A stretch of 64,000 nucleotides of DNA from Micrococcus sp. (GCF_034179925.1 NZ_JAXFPG010000047.1:6487-70486); one strand, 5' to 3'. Counted from the stretch's first letter, positions 1 to 9,660 are shown. Numbers and translations are program-made. The notes: a model not told the origin generated them from the sequence alone.

Positions 1-66
1 GTCCCGGTTCCGCAGGACGGTGAGCTTGTGGGCCACGAGGGGGTGATCGACGACATGAACGCGCAT
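1..66 (-). CDS. upp: Uracil phosphoribosyltransferase, N-terminal 22 codons (runs off window)
   Basis: Reverse strand reads MRVHVVDHPLVAHKLTVLRNRD, the typical actinobacterial Upp N-terminus; TAGCGT lies 7 nt before the ATG (leaderless pattern). Not in the ORF track. Confidence 0.85.
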   Translation of the reverse strand, partial: MRVHVVDHPLVAHKLTVLRNRD

Positions 67-153
67 GCCGCCCACGCTACCGCCCGGGTCCACGGCGCGC
101 CCGGCCCGCGCCGCCGGGCGGGCCGGACTCACCCGGTTGCATACCCTGGCCCG

Positions 154-690
154 GTGAGCAGCCCCCGCACTCCCCCGTCCCCGCCGCCCTCGGCGGCCCA
201 GGAGCACGCGTGGATGGGCCTGGCCCTGGACGCCGCCCGTGCCGCCGGCCGGGCCGGGGACGTGCCCATCGGCGCGGTCCTGGTGGGCGGCGACGGCGAG
301 GTGCTGGCCGCCGTCGGGAACGAGCGCGAGCAGCACCACGACCCCACCGCCCACGCCGAGGTCCTGGCCCTGCGCCGCGGCGCCGCCGCCCGGGCCGCCA
401 CGGGCGCACACGACGGCTGGCGCCTGGCCGACTGCACCCTCGTGGTGACCCTCGAACCCTGCCCCATGTGTGCCGGTGCCCTGCTGCTGGCCCGAGTGCC
501 GCGCGTCGTCTTCGGAGCCTGGGACCCCAAGGCCGGGGCCTGCGGCTCCGTGCTGGACGTGGTGCGCGACCCCCGCTTCAACCACACCGTGGAGGTCCGA
601 GCCGGGGTGCGCGCAGCCGAGTGCGCCGCCCTGCTGACCGACTTCTTCGCCGCCCACCGGGACCCGGGCACGATGCCACCGAACGCCTGA
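154..690 (+). CDS. tadA: tRNA-specific adenosine deaminase
   Basis: HAE...PCPMC zinc deaminase motif and FGAWDPKAGA; GTG at 154 follows TACCCT by 6 nt. Confidence 0.88.
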   Translation: MSSPRTPPSPPPSAAQEHAWMGLALDAARAAGRAGDVPIGAVLVGGDGEVLAAVGNEREQHHDPTAHAEVLALRRGAAARAATGAHDGWRLADCTLVVTLEPCPMCAGALLLARVPRVVFGAWDPKAGACGSVLDVVRDPRFNHTVEVRAGVRAAECAALLTDFFAAHRDPGTMPPNA

Positions 691-740
691 ACCGAGCGGT
701 TTGGGCCGGACCGCCGGGCTCAGGTAGGCTGTGGCGGTCT

Positions 741-831
741 GGTGACGTGTCCGAGCGGCCGAAGGTGCAGCACTCGAAATGCTGTGTACGGTAACCCCGT
801 ACCGTGGGTTCAAATCCCACCGTCACCGCCA
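741..831 (+). tRNA. tRNA-Ser(CGA)
   Basis: Acceptor stem GGTGACG/CGTCACC, anticodon arm CAGCA-CTCGAAA-TGCTG, long variable arm, GGTTCAAATCC T-loop, discriminator G and encoded CCA. Confidence 0.96.
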
Positions 832-836
832 GATGT

Positions 837-873
837 CCGGAAGCCCGGAGGCCTCGAGCCTCCGGGCTTCCGG
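837..873 (+). terminator. Perfect 16-bp hairpin after tRNA-Ser
   Basis: CCGGAAGCCCGGAGGC-ctcga-GCCTCCGGGCTTCCGG. Confidence 0.75.
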
Positions 874-964
874 CGTTCCGGGGCCGCCGGAGCGAGCGAT
901 TCCCCGGGCACAGGCCCCAGCGGGAGGGCTTATCCCGTCCGCCCCCGGTGCCATGATGGATGCC

Positions 965-1423
965 ATGTCCGTCCGGGTGTTGGCCATTGGCAAGAAGCAC
1001 GAATCGTGGGTGTCCGAGAGGATCACCCGCTACGAGAAGCGCCTGAAGAAGCCCTGGGACCTCACCTGGCAGCTGCTGCCCCACTCCTCCCGCCAGGAGG
1101 ATGCGGCCCGCACCGAGGAGTCGGACCGGATCCTCGCGAAGGTCGCCCCCGGCGAACACCTTGTGCTCCTGGACGAGCGCGGCAGGGGCTTCGACTCCCC
1201 CGGGCTCGCCCGGCACCTGCAGACACAGTTCGACGCCGGCCGGGCCGTCGTCGTGGTGATCGGCGGCGCCTACGGGGTGGACGAGCGCGTGCACGCCCGC
1301 GCGGACCGCGTGTGGTCCCTCTCGCAGCTCGTGTTCCCCCACCAACTGGTGCGGCTGATCCTCGCCGAACAGGTCTACCGAGCCCAGGAGATCGCCGCCG
1401 GACGGCCCTACCACCATGCCTGA
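965..1423 (+). CDS. rlmH: 23S rRNA (pseudouridine1915-N3)-methyltransferase
   Basis: VRVLAIGK, LLDERGRGFDS, VIGGAYG, SLSQLVFPHQLVRLILAEQVYRA motifs. Confidence 0.93.
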   Translation: MSVRVLAIGKKHESWVSERITRYEKRLKKPWDLTWQLLPHSSRQEDAARTEESDRILAKVAPGEHLVLLDERGRGFDSPGLARHLQTQFDAGRAVVVVIGGAYGVDERVHARADRVWSLSQLVFPHQLVRLILAEQVYRAQEIAAGRPYHHA

Positions 1424-1443
1424 GCCGGCGCAGGCGTGGAAGA

Positions 1444-1479
1444 GCCCCCCGGTGCTTCTGCGAGAGGCGTCCGGGGGGC
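1444..1479 (+). other. Long hairpin between rlmH and the Abi-like gene (terminator or antitoxin-RNA candidate)
   Basis: GCCCCCCGG/CCGGGGGGC outer stem plus TGCTTC/GAGGCG inner stem with G-U pairs; TATAGT follows at 1485-1490. Confidence 0.55.
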
Positions 1480-1522
1480 ATTCGTATAGTCGACACCATA
1501 CCGGAGGGGACGGCACGACACC

Positions 1523-2662
1523 ATGAGCACACCTGCTGAACGCGTTCTCGGGCTTCTCCCTCCGCGCCGGCTCGCGCCCTATCTGCATCGTTCGCAGGAT
1601 CCGGATGCCGCCCTCGAGTTCTACCGGTGGAGCCACGAGATGGCCTCGGAGTGCTGGACGGTCATCGCCCACTTCGAGGTCCTGCTGCGGCACCGCATCG
1701 ATCAGGCCCTGCAGGCGCACACCAGGGAGAGCAGGACGGGGATCCCGTGGTTCTTCCAGAGTTCGGCCCTGCCCGAAAGCGCACGAGAGCCGCTGCAGAG
1801 ACAGGTCGCACGACTGGAATCGGAGGGGCGACTGGACCGGGACCAGGTCGTCGCCGGCATGACCTTCGGCTTCTGGAAGTCCCTGTTCTCCTCGGACGAC
1901 CTGTGGCGAGAGGCCCTCCACCAGGTCTTCCCGAACCGTTCGGGTCTTCAGCGCAAAGACGTCACCGCCCGGCTGGAGAGCATCCGCAAGTTCCGCAACA
2001 GGGTCGCCCACCACGATTCCCTGCTCAACGTGGACATCCCCCACGAGGTCCGTTCCCTTCTCGAGCTCACCCGTTCCATGGACGAGGACTACGCCGCGTG
2101 GATAGAAGCGAACTCATCGTGGGCGGACCTCTACAGCGAGTCTCCCCATCAGCCCGCCGACACGGTGGTGGTGGCGGCTCGCGACGCCTGGCCCATCTAC
2201 ACCGCACTATGTGCACAGTCGGGCGAGGCGCCTCCCGCCTACATCTGTCAGCCCGGACGGTTCTTCAAACCTGTGGAGCGGCTCGGCTTCTACTCGGATC
2301 AGATGATCCACCAGGAGATCCCCCGCGTGCTCGCCCGGTTCGACAACATCGAGTGGACCCTGCAGAACGCAGGGGTGCTGGCCGCGTCCGCCTCCCGCGA
2401 CGAGAGGAAGATCGCTCGCCTGATCCAGTGGTCGGCGGGCCCGGGAGCCGTGTACTTCGACTTCGACGAGCAGGACGGCCCCGCCGGGCGGTTCCAGGTG
2501 TTCCTGCTCTCCGGCCCCGGCCATCCCCATCACAAGACACTGCCTGCCCCCGTCCCCCACCTCTCGCGAGGGCCGGGCAGCGCTTTCACCCAACGTCAGC
2601 GCTACGTCTCCGCCCACGCACTGGACACCGCACAGACCACCGGATCCCTCACGCATGCCTGA
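1523..2662 (+). CDS. Abi-like HEPN-domain protein with extra C-terminal domain
   Basis: N-terminus RRLAPYL...ALEFYRW...HFEVLLRHRID and MTFGFW fit the Abi-like family; HEPN motif RNRVAH (R-x4-H); RBS GGAGGG; overlaps the lhr start by 8 nt. Confidence 0.75.
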   Translation: MSTPAERVLGLLPPRRLAPYLHRSQDPDAALEFYRWSHEMASECWTVIAHFEVLLRHRIDQALQAHTRESRTGIPWFFQSSALPESAREPLQRQVARLESEGRLDRDQVVAGMTFGFWKSLFSSDDLWREALHQVFPNRSGLQRKDVTARLESIRKFRNRVAHHDSLLNVDIPHEVRSLLELTRSMDEDYAAWIEANSSWADLYSESPHQPADTVVVAARDAWPIYTALCAQSGEAPPAYICQPGRFFKPVERLGFYSDQMIHQEIPRVLARFDNIEWTLQNAGVLAASASRDERKIARLIQWSAGPGAVYFDFDEQDGPAGRFQVFLLSGPGHPHHKTLPAPVPHLSRGPGSAFTQRQRYVSAHALDTAQTTGSLTHA

Positions 2663-5600
2663 CACCCCCGACGCCGACGCCGTCCTCGCACGCTTCAGCG
2701 AGCCCACCCGCACCTGGTTCACGGGGGCGTTCGCCGGACCCACAGCAGCCCAGCTGGGTGCCTGGGATGCGATCTCCTCCGGGCGGCACGCGCTCGTGAT
2801 CGCCCCCACCGGCTCCGGCAAGACCCTCTCCTCCTTCCTCTGGGCGCTCGACTCGTTCGTGCGCGAGCCCGCAGACCCGGACGTCTCCGCCACCCGGGTG
2901 CTCTACATCTCCCCGCTCAAGGCCCTCGGCGTGGACGTCGAGCGAAACCTGCGGGCCCCGCTGATCGGCATCACGCAGACCGCACAACGGATGGGCACCC
3001 CCGTGCCGCGCGTGCGGGTGGGCGTGCGCTCCGGGGACACCCCCGCCGCCGAGCGCCGCCGCCTGCTGCAGGACCCCCCGGACATCCTCATCACCACCCC
3101 CGAGTCCCTGTACCTGATGCTGACCTCGCAGGCCCGCTCGGCGCTGTCCGGGGTGCGCACGGTGATCGTGGACGAGGTCCACGCGGTGGCCGGCACCAAG
3201 CGCGGCGCCCACCTGGCCGTCTCGCTCGAGCGCCTGGACGCCCTGCTGGAGCGGCCCGTGCAGCGCATCGGCCTGTCCGCCACGGTGGAGCCGGCCACGG
3301 AGGTGGCCCGGTTCCTCGGCGGGGTGCAGCCGGTGAGCATCGTCCGGCCGGCGTCCACGAAGCGCTGGGACCTGACCGTGGCCGTGCCCGTGGAGGACAT
3401 GACCGACCTGTCCGCCCCGCCCGCGAGCGCCGCAGCGGCCGAGGGGGTTGCCGGCCCGGAGGCCGGCGCGGTGGGCGGGTCGATCTGGCCTCACATCGAG
3501 GAGCGGATCGTGGATCTGGTGGCCCGGCGCCGCTCCACGCTCGTGTTCGCGAACTCCCGCCGCCTGGCCGAGCGCCTGACCGGCCGGCTCAACGAGATCT
3601 GGGAGGCCCGCCAGGAGGCCGCGGCCGCCGCCCACCACCCGGACCTGGCGCCCGGGTTCCGGGATCCGGCCTCCCCCGGACCGCAGGCGACGGGCGCACC
3701 TGCCCCAACCGACGACGTCGTCCCGCCCACCGCCGGTGAGCTCGTCGCCGACTGGTTGGGCACCGCCGGCGGGGAGACCCCGGCCGGGGCCCCTGAGGTC
3801 CGGCGGGGAACCCGCACCCCGGCGACGGGACCGGCCCAGGTGGCCGGGCAGACCGGCACCGCTTCCGGGACGGTGTCCGACTTCGCCCGCGCCCACCACG
3901 GATCGGTGTCCAAGGAGCAGCGGGCGATCGTGGAGGAGGCCCTGAAGACCGGTCAGATCCGCTGCGTGGTGGCCACCAGTTCGCTGGAGCTGGGCATCGA
4001 CATGGGTGCGGTGGACCAGGTGATCCAGGTGGAGTCCCCGCCGTCGGTGGCCTCGGGGCTGCAGCGGGTGGGCCGGGCGGGGCACCAGGTGGGGGAGGTC
4101 TCCCGGGGCGTGTTCTTCCCCAAGCACCGCGGCGACCTCGTAGACACCGCGGTGGTGGCCGAGCGCATGGTCGCCGGGCGCATCGAGGCACTGCGCATCC
4201 CGCAGAACCCCCTGGACATCCTCGCCCAGCACACGGTGGCGGCCGCGGCCGTGGAGGACCTCGAGGCCGAGGCCTGGTTCGACCTCGTGCGCCGCTCCGC
4301 CCCGTTCTCCGCGCTGCCGCACTCGGCCTACGAGTCCGTGCTGGACCTGCTGGCCGGCAAGTACCCCTCCGACGAGTTCGCGGAGCTGCGGCCCCGGGTG
4401 GTGTGGGACCGCGAGTCCGGCACCCTCGCCGCACGCCCCGGGGCGCAGCGGATCGCCGTGACCTCCGGCGGCACCATCCCGGACCGGGGCCTGTTCGGGG
4501 TGTTCCTGGCCTCCGAGGGGGCACAGGCCCCCGAGGGCTCCGCCTCGGCCGGGGACACCGGGGAGTCCGCCGCGGACGCCGGTTCGGCCCGCTCGGGCGG
4601 GCGCCGGGTGGGCGAGCTGGACGAGGAGATGGTCTACGAGTCCCGCGTGGGGGACGTGATCCTGCTGGGGGCCACCAGCTGGCGCATCGTGGACATCACC
4701 GCGGACCGCGTCCTGGTGCTGCCCGCCTACGGTCAGCCGGGCAAGCTGCCCTTCTGGCGGGGCGACGCGGCGGGCCGCCCCGCGGAGCTGGGCGACGCCG
4801 TCGGGCGTTTCCGGCGTGAGCTCGACGCCGACCCGGACGCCGCCCGCGACCGCCTGGCCGCCGCCGGCCTCGACGAGTGGGCCCGGGAGAACCTGCTCAC
4901 CTACCTGACGGACCAGCGCGAGGCCACCGGGCAGCTGCCCACCGAGCGCACGCTCGTGGTGGAGCGGTTCACGGACGAGCTCGGCGACTGGCGTGTGGTG
5001 CTGCACTCCCCCTACGGGATGGCGGTGCACGCCCCGTGGGCGCTGGCGGTGGGGGCGCGCCTGGCCCAGCGGTACGGGTTGGAGCCGAACTCGGGGGCGG
5101 CGGTGGCCGCGGACGACGGGATCGTGCTGCGCATCCCGCTGATGGACGCCGATCCGCCGGGGGCGGAGCTGTTCGCGTTCGCCCCGGAGGAGCTGGACGA
5201 GATCGTCACCGCCGAGGTGGGCGGGTCCGCACTGTTCGCCGCCCGGTTCCGGGAGAACGCGGCCCGCGCCCTGCTGCTGCCGCGGCGGAACCCGGGCAAG
5301 CGCATGCCCCTGTGGCAGCAGCGGCAGCGCTCGGCCCAGCTGTTGGACGTGGCCCGCCGCTACCCGAGCTTCCCGGTGATCCTGGAGACGGTGCGCGAGG
5401 TGCTCCAGGACGTCTACGACCTGCCCGCGCTGAAGGACCTGGCCGCCCGGGTGGCCTCGCAGGACGTGCGGATAGTGGAGGTCACGACGGCGGCGCCCTC
5501 GCCGTTCGCCCAGTCCATCCTGTTCGGCTACGTCGCCCAGTTCATCTACGAGGGCGATTCCCCCCTGGCCGAGCGGCGGGCCGCGGCGCTCTCCCTGGAC

Positions 5601-7916
5601 CCGGCGTTGCTGTCCGAGCTGCTGGGCACCGAGGAGCTGCGCGAGCTGCTGGACCCGGAGGTGATCGCCCGGGTGGAGGCCGAGCTGCAGCGCACCGCCG
5701 AGGGCCGGCACCTGCGCGGGGTGGAGGGGGTCGCGGACCTGCTGCGGCTGGTCGGCCCGCTCACCCCCGAGGAGGCCGCCGCCCGCGTGGTGGACGAGAC
5801 CTCCGGGGGCGGGGCCGGGGACGAGGCGGGTGAGGCCGGTGGGACGGCCGGGGACGACGCCGGCCCGGCCGCCCACCGGGAGGCCGTCGCCGGGCACCTG
5901 GCCGACCTCGAGCGCACCGGGCGGGCGTTCCGGTTCCGCTCCAGCGGGCAGGAGCGGTTCGCCGCGGTCGAGGACGCCGCCCGCCTGCGGGACACCCTGG
6001 GCGCACCGATCCCCATGGGCGTGCCGGTCGCGTTCCACGAGCCGGTGGAGGACCCTCTCGGGGACCTCGTGCGCCGGTACGCCCGTACGCACGGCCCGTT
6101 CACCGCGGCCGAGGCGGGGGCCGCGCTGGGACTCGGCGGCGCCGTCGTGCTGCCGGTGCTGCAACGCCTGGCCGCCGAGCGCCGCGTCTCCCAGGGCGCG
6201 TACCGCCCGGACGGGACGCCGGGGGCCACCGGCCTGGACGCCGAGTGGATCGACGTGGAGGTGCTGCGCACGGTGCGCCGGCGGTCGCTGGCCGCGCTGC
6301 GGGCCGAGGTGGAGCCGGTGGAGCAGGCCGCCTACGCCCGGTTCCTCGCGGACTGGCAGCACCTGCGGCCCCGCCCCGGGCGGCCCTCCCCCGCCACGCT
6401 CGAGGGGGTAGACGGGGTGGCCACCGTGCTCGACCAGCTGGCCGGGATGCCGCTGCCGGCGAGCGCCTGGGAGTCCCTCGTGCTGCCGGCACGGGTGCGC
6501 GACTACGCGCCGGGGCTGCTGGACGAGCTGCTGGCCACCGGCGAGTACGTGTGGTCCGGGGTGGGGGCCGGTACCGGCAACGACGGCTGGGTGGCCCTGC
6601 ACCCCGCCGACGCCGTGGACCTCACCCTCCGGCCTCCGCAGGCGCCCCCCGAGGACGTCCCCGCGGCGCGCACGGCCCTGAGGGAGGCCGTGCTGAAGGT
6701 GCTCGCCGGAGGCGGGGCCTGGTTCTTCCCTCAGCTTGTCGAACGGGTGCGGGAGGAGGCCGCCCGCCAGGACGCCGCGCCGGAGGGGGCCACCGACCTG
6801 CCGCGCGCCCCCGAGGTGCTCGAGGCACTCTGGGACCTCGTGTGGGCCGGCCGCGTGGGCAACGACACCTTCGCACCCCTGCGGGGCCTGCTCTCCCAGG
6901 GCCGCACCGCGCACCGCACCGGCCGTCAGACCCCGCGGGCCCGCACCGCCCGCACCGGCGGTGGACTCGGCGGGGGCCGCGGCCTGGGCGGCCGGCTGGC
7001 CGGGGTGCGCGGACGCGGCCGGTACGCCGGGCTCACCGCCGGGGACGCCGGCCCCGGCAGGGGCGCGGCCGGCGTCCCCGTGGGCACCGGCGGGCTCTCC
7101 GCGGCCGAGCACGCCCGCGCGGCCGGTCGCTGGTCCCTGCTGCCGGCCCCCGAGCAGGACCCGACCATCCGGGCCCACGCCGCCGCCGAGCTCCTCCTGG
7201 ACCGCTACGGGGTGATCACCCGCGGCTCCGTGGTCGCCGAGGAGGTCCCCGGCGGGTTCGCCGCCCAGTACCAGCTGCTCACCCGCATGGAGGACGCCGG
7301 GCAGGTGCGGCGCGGGCATTTCGTGGAGCGCCTCGGCGGCGCCCAGTTCTCCACCGGCGCCGTGGTGGACCGCCTGCGCTCCTTCCACCGGGACGGCCCG
7401 GACGATGACGCCGACACCCCCGCCCAGGCACCGCCCCCGTACGACGCCGCCCCCCGCCTCGACGTCTTCGGCATGCCCATCGCCCCACCCCCCGGCGCGA
7501 CACCCCGCCCCACGGACCCGGCACCGGCCCCGCCGGCGCTCGCGCTCGCGGCCACGGACCCGGCCAACCCGTACGGGGCCGCCCTCGACTGGCCCGAGCT
7601 GCCGCCCGGCCCGGACGGTGTGGCCCCCACGGGGCACCGCCCGGGCAGGAAGGCGGGGGCCGTCGTCGTGCTGGTGCAGGGCCGGCTGGTGCTGTACATG
7701 GAGCGCGGCGGCCGGACCCTGCTGGGCTTCGAGGAGGACCCCGCCGTGCTGCGTGCGGCCGCGGAGGCGCTCGTGTGGGCGCTGCGCGCGGCCAGGACGG
7801 AGCGGCTGAGCCTCGAGAAGCTCAACGGCGGGCCGATCCTGGGCACGCCGCTGGCCGAGGCGATGCTGGCCGCCGGGTTCTACTCGAGCCCGTCGGGGAT
7901 CCGGTTCCGCAGCTGA
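2655..7916 (+). CDS. lhr: Lhr-family ATP-dependent helicase (large form)
   Basis: APTGSGKT, DEVH, ATSSLELGID, QRVGRAGH and the C-terminal ATDPANPYG motif; 1753 aa. Confidence 0.93.
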   Translation: MPDTPDADAVLARFSEPTRTWFTGAFAGPTAAQLGAWDAISSGRHALVIAPTGSGKTLSSFLWALDSFVREPADPDVSATRVLYISPLKALGVDVERNLRAPLIGITQTAQRMGTPVPRVRVGVRSGDTPAAERRRLLQDPPDILITTPESLYLMLTSQARSALSGVRTVIVDEVHAVAGTKRGAHLAVSLERLDALLERPVQRIGLSATVEPATEVARFLGGVQPVSIVRPASTKRWDLTVAVPVEDMTDLSAPPASAAAAEGVAGPEAGAVGGSIWPHIEERIVDLVARRRSTLVFANSRRLAERLTGRLNEIWEARQEAAAAAHHPDLAPGFRDPASPGPQATGAPAPTDDVVPPTAGELVADWLGTAGGETPAGAPEVRRGTRTPATGPAQVAGQTGTASGTVSDFARAHHGSVSKEQRAIVEEALKTGQIRCVVATSSLELGIDMGAVDQVIQVESPPSVASGLQRVGRAGHQVGEVSRGVFFPKHRGDLVDTAVVAERMVAGRIEALRIPQNPLDILAQHTVAAAAVEDLEAEAWFDLVRRSAPFSALPHSAYESVLDLLAGKYPSDEFAELRPRVVWDRESGTLAARPGAQRIAVTSGGTIPDRGLFGVFLASEGAQAPEGSASAGDTGESAADAGSARSGGRRVGELDEEMVYESRVGDVILLGATSWRIVDITADRVLVLPAYGQPGKLPFWRGDAAGRPAELGDAVGRFRRELDADPDAARDRLAAAGLDEWARENLLTYLTDQREATGQLPTERTLVVERFTDELGDWRVVLHSPYGMAVHAPWALAVGARLAQRYGLEPNSGAAVAADDGIVLRIPLMDADPPGAELFAFAPEELDEIVTAEVGGSALFAARFRENAARALLLPRRNPGKRMPLWQQRQRSAQLLDVARRYPSFPVILETVREVLQDVYDLPALKDLAARVASQDVRIVEVTTAAPSPFAQSILFGYVAQFIYEGDSPLAERRAAALSLDPALLSELLGTEELRELLDPEVIARVEAELQRTAEGRHLRGVEGVADLLRLVGPLTPEEAAARVVDETSGGGAGDEAGEAGGTAGDDAGPAAHREAVAGHLADLERTGRAFRFRSSGQERFAAVEDAARLRDTLGAPIPMGVPVAFHEPVEDPLGDLVRRYARTHGPFTAAEAGAALGLGGAVVLPVLQRLAAERRVSQGAYRPDGTPGATGLDAEWIDVEVLRTVRRRSLAALRAEVEPVEQAAYARFLADWQHLRPRPGRPSPATLEGVDGVATVLDQLAGMPLPASAWESLVLPARVRDYAPGLLDELLATGEYVWSGVGAGTGNDGWVALHPADAVDLTLRPPQAPPEDVPAARTALREAVLKVLAGGGAWFFPQLVERVREEAARQDAAPEGATDLPRAPEVLEALWDLVWAGRVGNDTFAPLRGLLSQGRTAHRTGRQTPRARTARTGGGLGGGRGLGGRLAGVRGRGRYAGLTAGDAGPGRGAAGVPVGTGGLSAAEHARAAGRWSLLPAPEQDPTIRAHAAAELLLDRYGVITRGSVVAEEVPGGFAAQYQLLTRMEDAGQVRRGHFVERLGGAQFSTGAVVDRLRSFHRDGPDDDADTPAQAPPPYDAAPRLDVFGMPIAPPPGATPRPTDPAPAPPALALAATDPANPYGAALDWPELPPGPDGVAPTGHRPGRKAGAVVVLVQGRLVLYMERGGRTLLGFEEDPAVLRAAAEALVWALRAARTERLSLEKLNGGPILGTPLAEAMLAAGFYSSPSGIRFRS

Positions 7917-8004
7917 GGCGGCACCGGTGCCCTCGTCCCCGGGATGTCTAGGCTGTGTGTGGAGGGGGGGCAGGGCAGCCGGACCGACGGAGAAGAGGAG
8001 ACGC

Positions 8005-8253
8005 ATGAAGCGATCACCGTGGGGCCTCGGGCGGATCTGCGTTCTGCTCCTCGCGCTGGGGGTGATGGCGTACACCGTGGGAGGCGTCCTCTCACTGCAG
8101 GAGTACCGCAGCATGCCCGAGGCCGTCCGCGCGGATGCCCCGACCGGACCCGTGGCCGCGACCCTGCTCTGGACGGGTGTCGGGCTGTGCGCGGCGGGCG
8201 GTGCCGCTCTCTGCGTGCTGCTCGTCCGCCGAGTGAGGAGGCTGAGCCGGTGA
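8005..8253 (+). CDS. Small two-TM membrane protein
   Basis: RBS GAGGAG; two hydrophobic segments; stop overlaps the next start (GTGA). Confidence 0.6.
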   Translation: MKRSPWGLGRICVLLLALGVMAYTVGGVLSLQEYRSMPEAVRADAPTGPVAATLLWTGVGLCAAGGAALCVLLVRRVRRLSR

Positions 8254-8492
8254 GGGCGGACGGTCACGTCGTCTCCTGGAACGAGGAGGAGGGCTGGGGT
8301 GTGCTCTCCTCCGAGGCGACCCCCGGCGGGTGCTGGGCGCACTTCAGCGCGCTCGAGGGCGACGGGTTCCGGCAGGCACAGCCCGGGGAGCGGGTGCGCT
8401 TCACCTTCGCCGCCACCGGCCCGCAGGGGCAGGACGGCTTCTCGTACCGGGCGGAGAGGGTCGAATTCCCGGACCGGGCCCGCACCGACTGA
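8250..8492 (+). CDS. Cold-shock (CSD/OB-fold) domain protein
   Basis: GHVVSWNEEEGWGV and WAHFSALEGDGFR resemble RNP1/RNP2 of CSD proteins. Confidence 0.72.
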   Translation: MRADGHVVSWNEEEGWGVLSSEATPGGCWAHFSALEGDGFRQAQPGERVRFTFAATGPQGQDGFSYRAERVEFPDRARTD

Positions 8493-8532
8493 CCGCAGGT
8501 CCGGCACCGGTGCCGCCCGGTAGGTTCGGGGC

Positions 8533-9543
8533 ATGCCCGAAGGTGACTCCCTGGTCCGTGCCGCGCACCGGCTGCGCCCCGTGCTGGCCGGTCGCACGCT
8601 GGCCCACGCGGACCTGCGCGTGCCCCGCCTGGCCACCGCACGCCTGGCCGGGTGGACGGTGGCCGCAGTGGAGCCGCAGGGCAAGTGGCTGCTCCTGCGC
8701 CTGACCCCGCCGCCGGGGTCCGCGGCCGCACCCCACACCCTGGCCTCCCACCTGAAGATGGAGGGCCGCTGGCTCGTCACCGGCCGTCAGGCCCGCTGGG
8801 CGGCCCCCGGCTGGCAGGTGCGGGCCGTACTGGAGACCGGAGAGCACCGGCTGCTCGGCGCCCAGCTCGGCCGTCTCGAACTGGTGCCCACCGCCCACGA
8901 GGACCGGCTGCTCGGCCACCTCGGCCCGGACCTGCTGGACCCGGCCTGGGACGGCGGCGCGCACGGGGCGCGACTGCTGGCCGAGGGGGTGCGCCGCCTG
9001 ACCGCCCGCCCCGAACGGCCAGTGGGCCTGGCGCTGCTGGACCAGTCCGTGGTGGCCGGCATCGGCAACATCTACCGGTGCGAGTCGCTGCTGCTGGCCG
9101 GCCTGGACCCCCACCGGCCGGTCGGCTCCGTCCCGGACGCCCCCGGGCTGCTCACCCTCGCCCGGGACCTGCTGCGCGCGAACGTCCCCCCGGCCGCCCC
9201 CTACGTGAGCTGGCCGCGCACCACCACGGGGGTCCGGGCGGACCCTTCCGGCCCCTACGGGCTGCGGGTGGACGTGGTGGACCGCGGCTTCCCGCCCGGG
9301 CTGCCGGGCACCGCCCTCGACGACGCCGGCACCCCCCTCGACGCCACGCGCCCGGGCCCGGACGCGGGGACCGGCGGGGCGGCGGCCCCGGAGGCGAGGC
9401 CCGCGCGTCGTGCCCAGTACTGGGTGTACGGGCACCGGAACAGCCCGTGCGGGCGCTGCGGCGGGCCCGTGACCTTCGAGGAGTTCGGCTCCCCGCAGGA
9501 TGACGAGCGCCAGCTGTGGTGGTGCCGCACCTGCCAGCGCTGA
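8533..9543 (+). CDS. nei: Fpg/Nei family DNA glycosylase/AP lyase
   Basis: N-terminal MPEG, GKWLL, HLKMEG, H2TH motif DQSVVAGIGNIYRCE and zinc finger CGRC...CRTC. Confidence 0.9.
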   Translation: MPEGDSLVRAAHRLRPVLAGRTLAHADLRVPRLATARLAGWTVAAVEPQGKWLLLRLTPPPGSAAAPHTLASHLKMEGRWLVTGRQARWAAPGWQVRAVLETGEHRLLGAQLGRLELVPTAHEDRLLGHLGPDLLDPAWDGGAHGARLLAEGVRRLTARPERPVGLALLDQSVVAGIGNIYRCESLLLAGLDPHRPVGSVPDAPGLLTLARDLLRANVPPAAPYVSWPRTTTGVRADPSGPYGLRVDVVDRGFPPGLPGTALDDAGTPLDATRPGPDAGTGGAAAPEARPARRAQYWVYGHRNSPCGRCGGPVTFEEFGSPQDDERQLWWCRTCQR

Positions 9544-9588
9544 CCGGGCCGCCGTCGTCGCCGCCGTCGTCGTCCGCCCCCGGCCGCG

Positions 9589-9660
9589 AGATCCGCTGCG
9601 GAAATGACCCCTCTGAGGGCGTCACAAGCACCCGGAAGGGTCGTTCCTGCAGCGGATCCG
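9589..9660. repeat. REP-like palindrome, family A copy 1
   Basis: GATCCGCTGCGGAAATGACCC...GGGTCGTTCCTGCAGCGGATC, imperfect 21-bp stem. Confidence 0.8.

Noticed and set aside
741-2662. tRNA-Ser or rlmH 3' end as an integration site of a genomic island
   Set aside because: No integrase and no duplicated tRNA or rlmH 3' end found in the window; only one accessory gene follows.
2649-8780. 2043-aa minus-strand ORF and other very long antisense ORFs (e.g. 11071..14631, 34023..37082, 54261..56873)
   Set aside because: Shadow ORFs opposite real genes; stop codons are rare at this GC content, and the products have no recognisable motifs.
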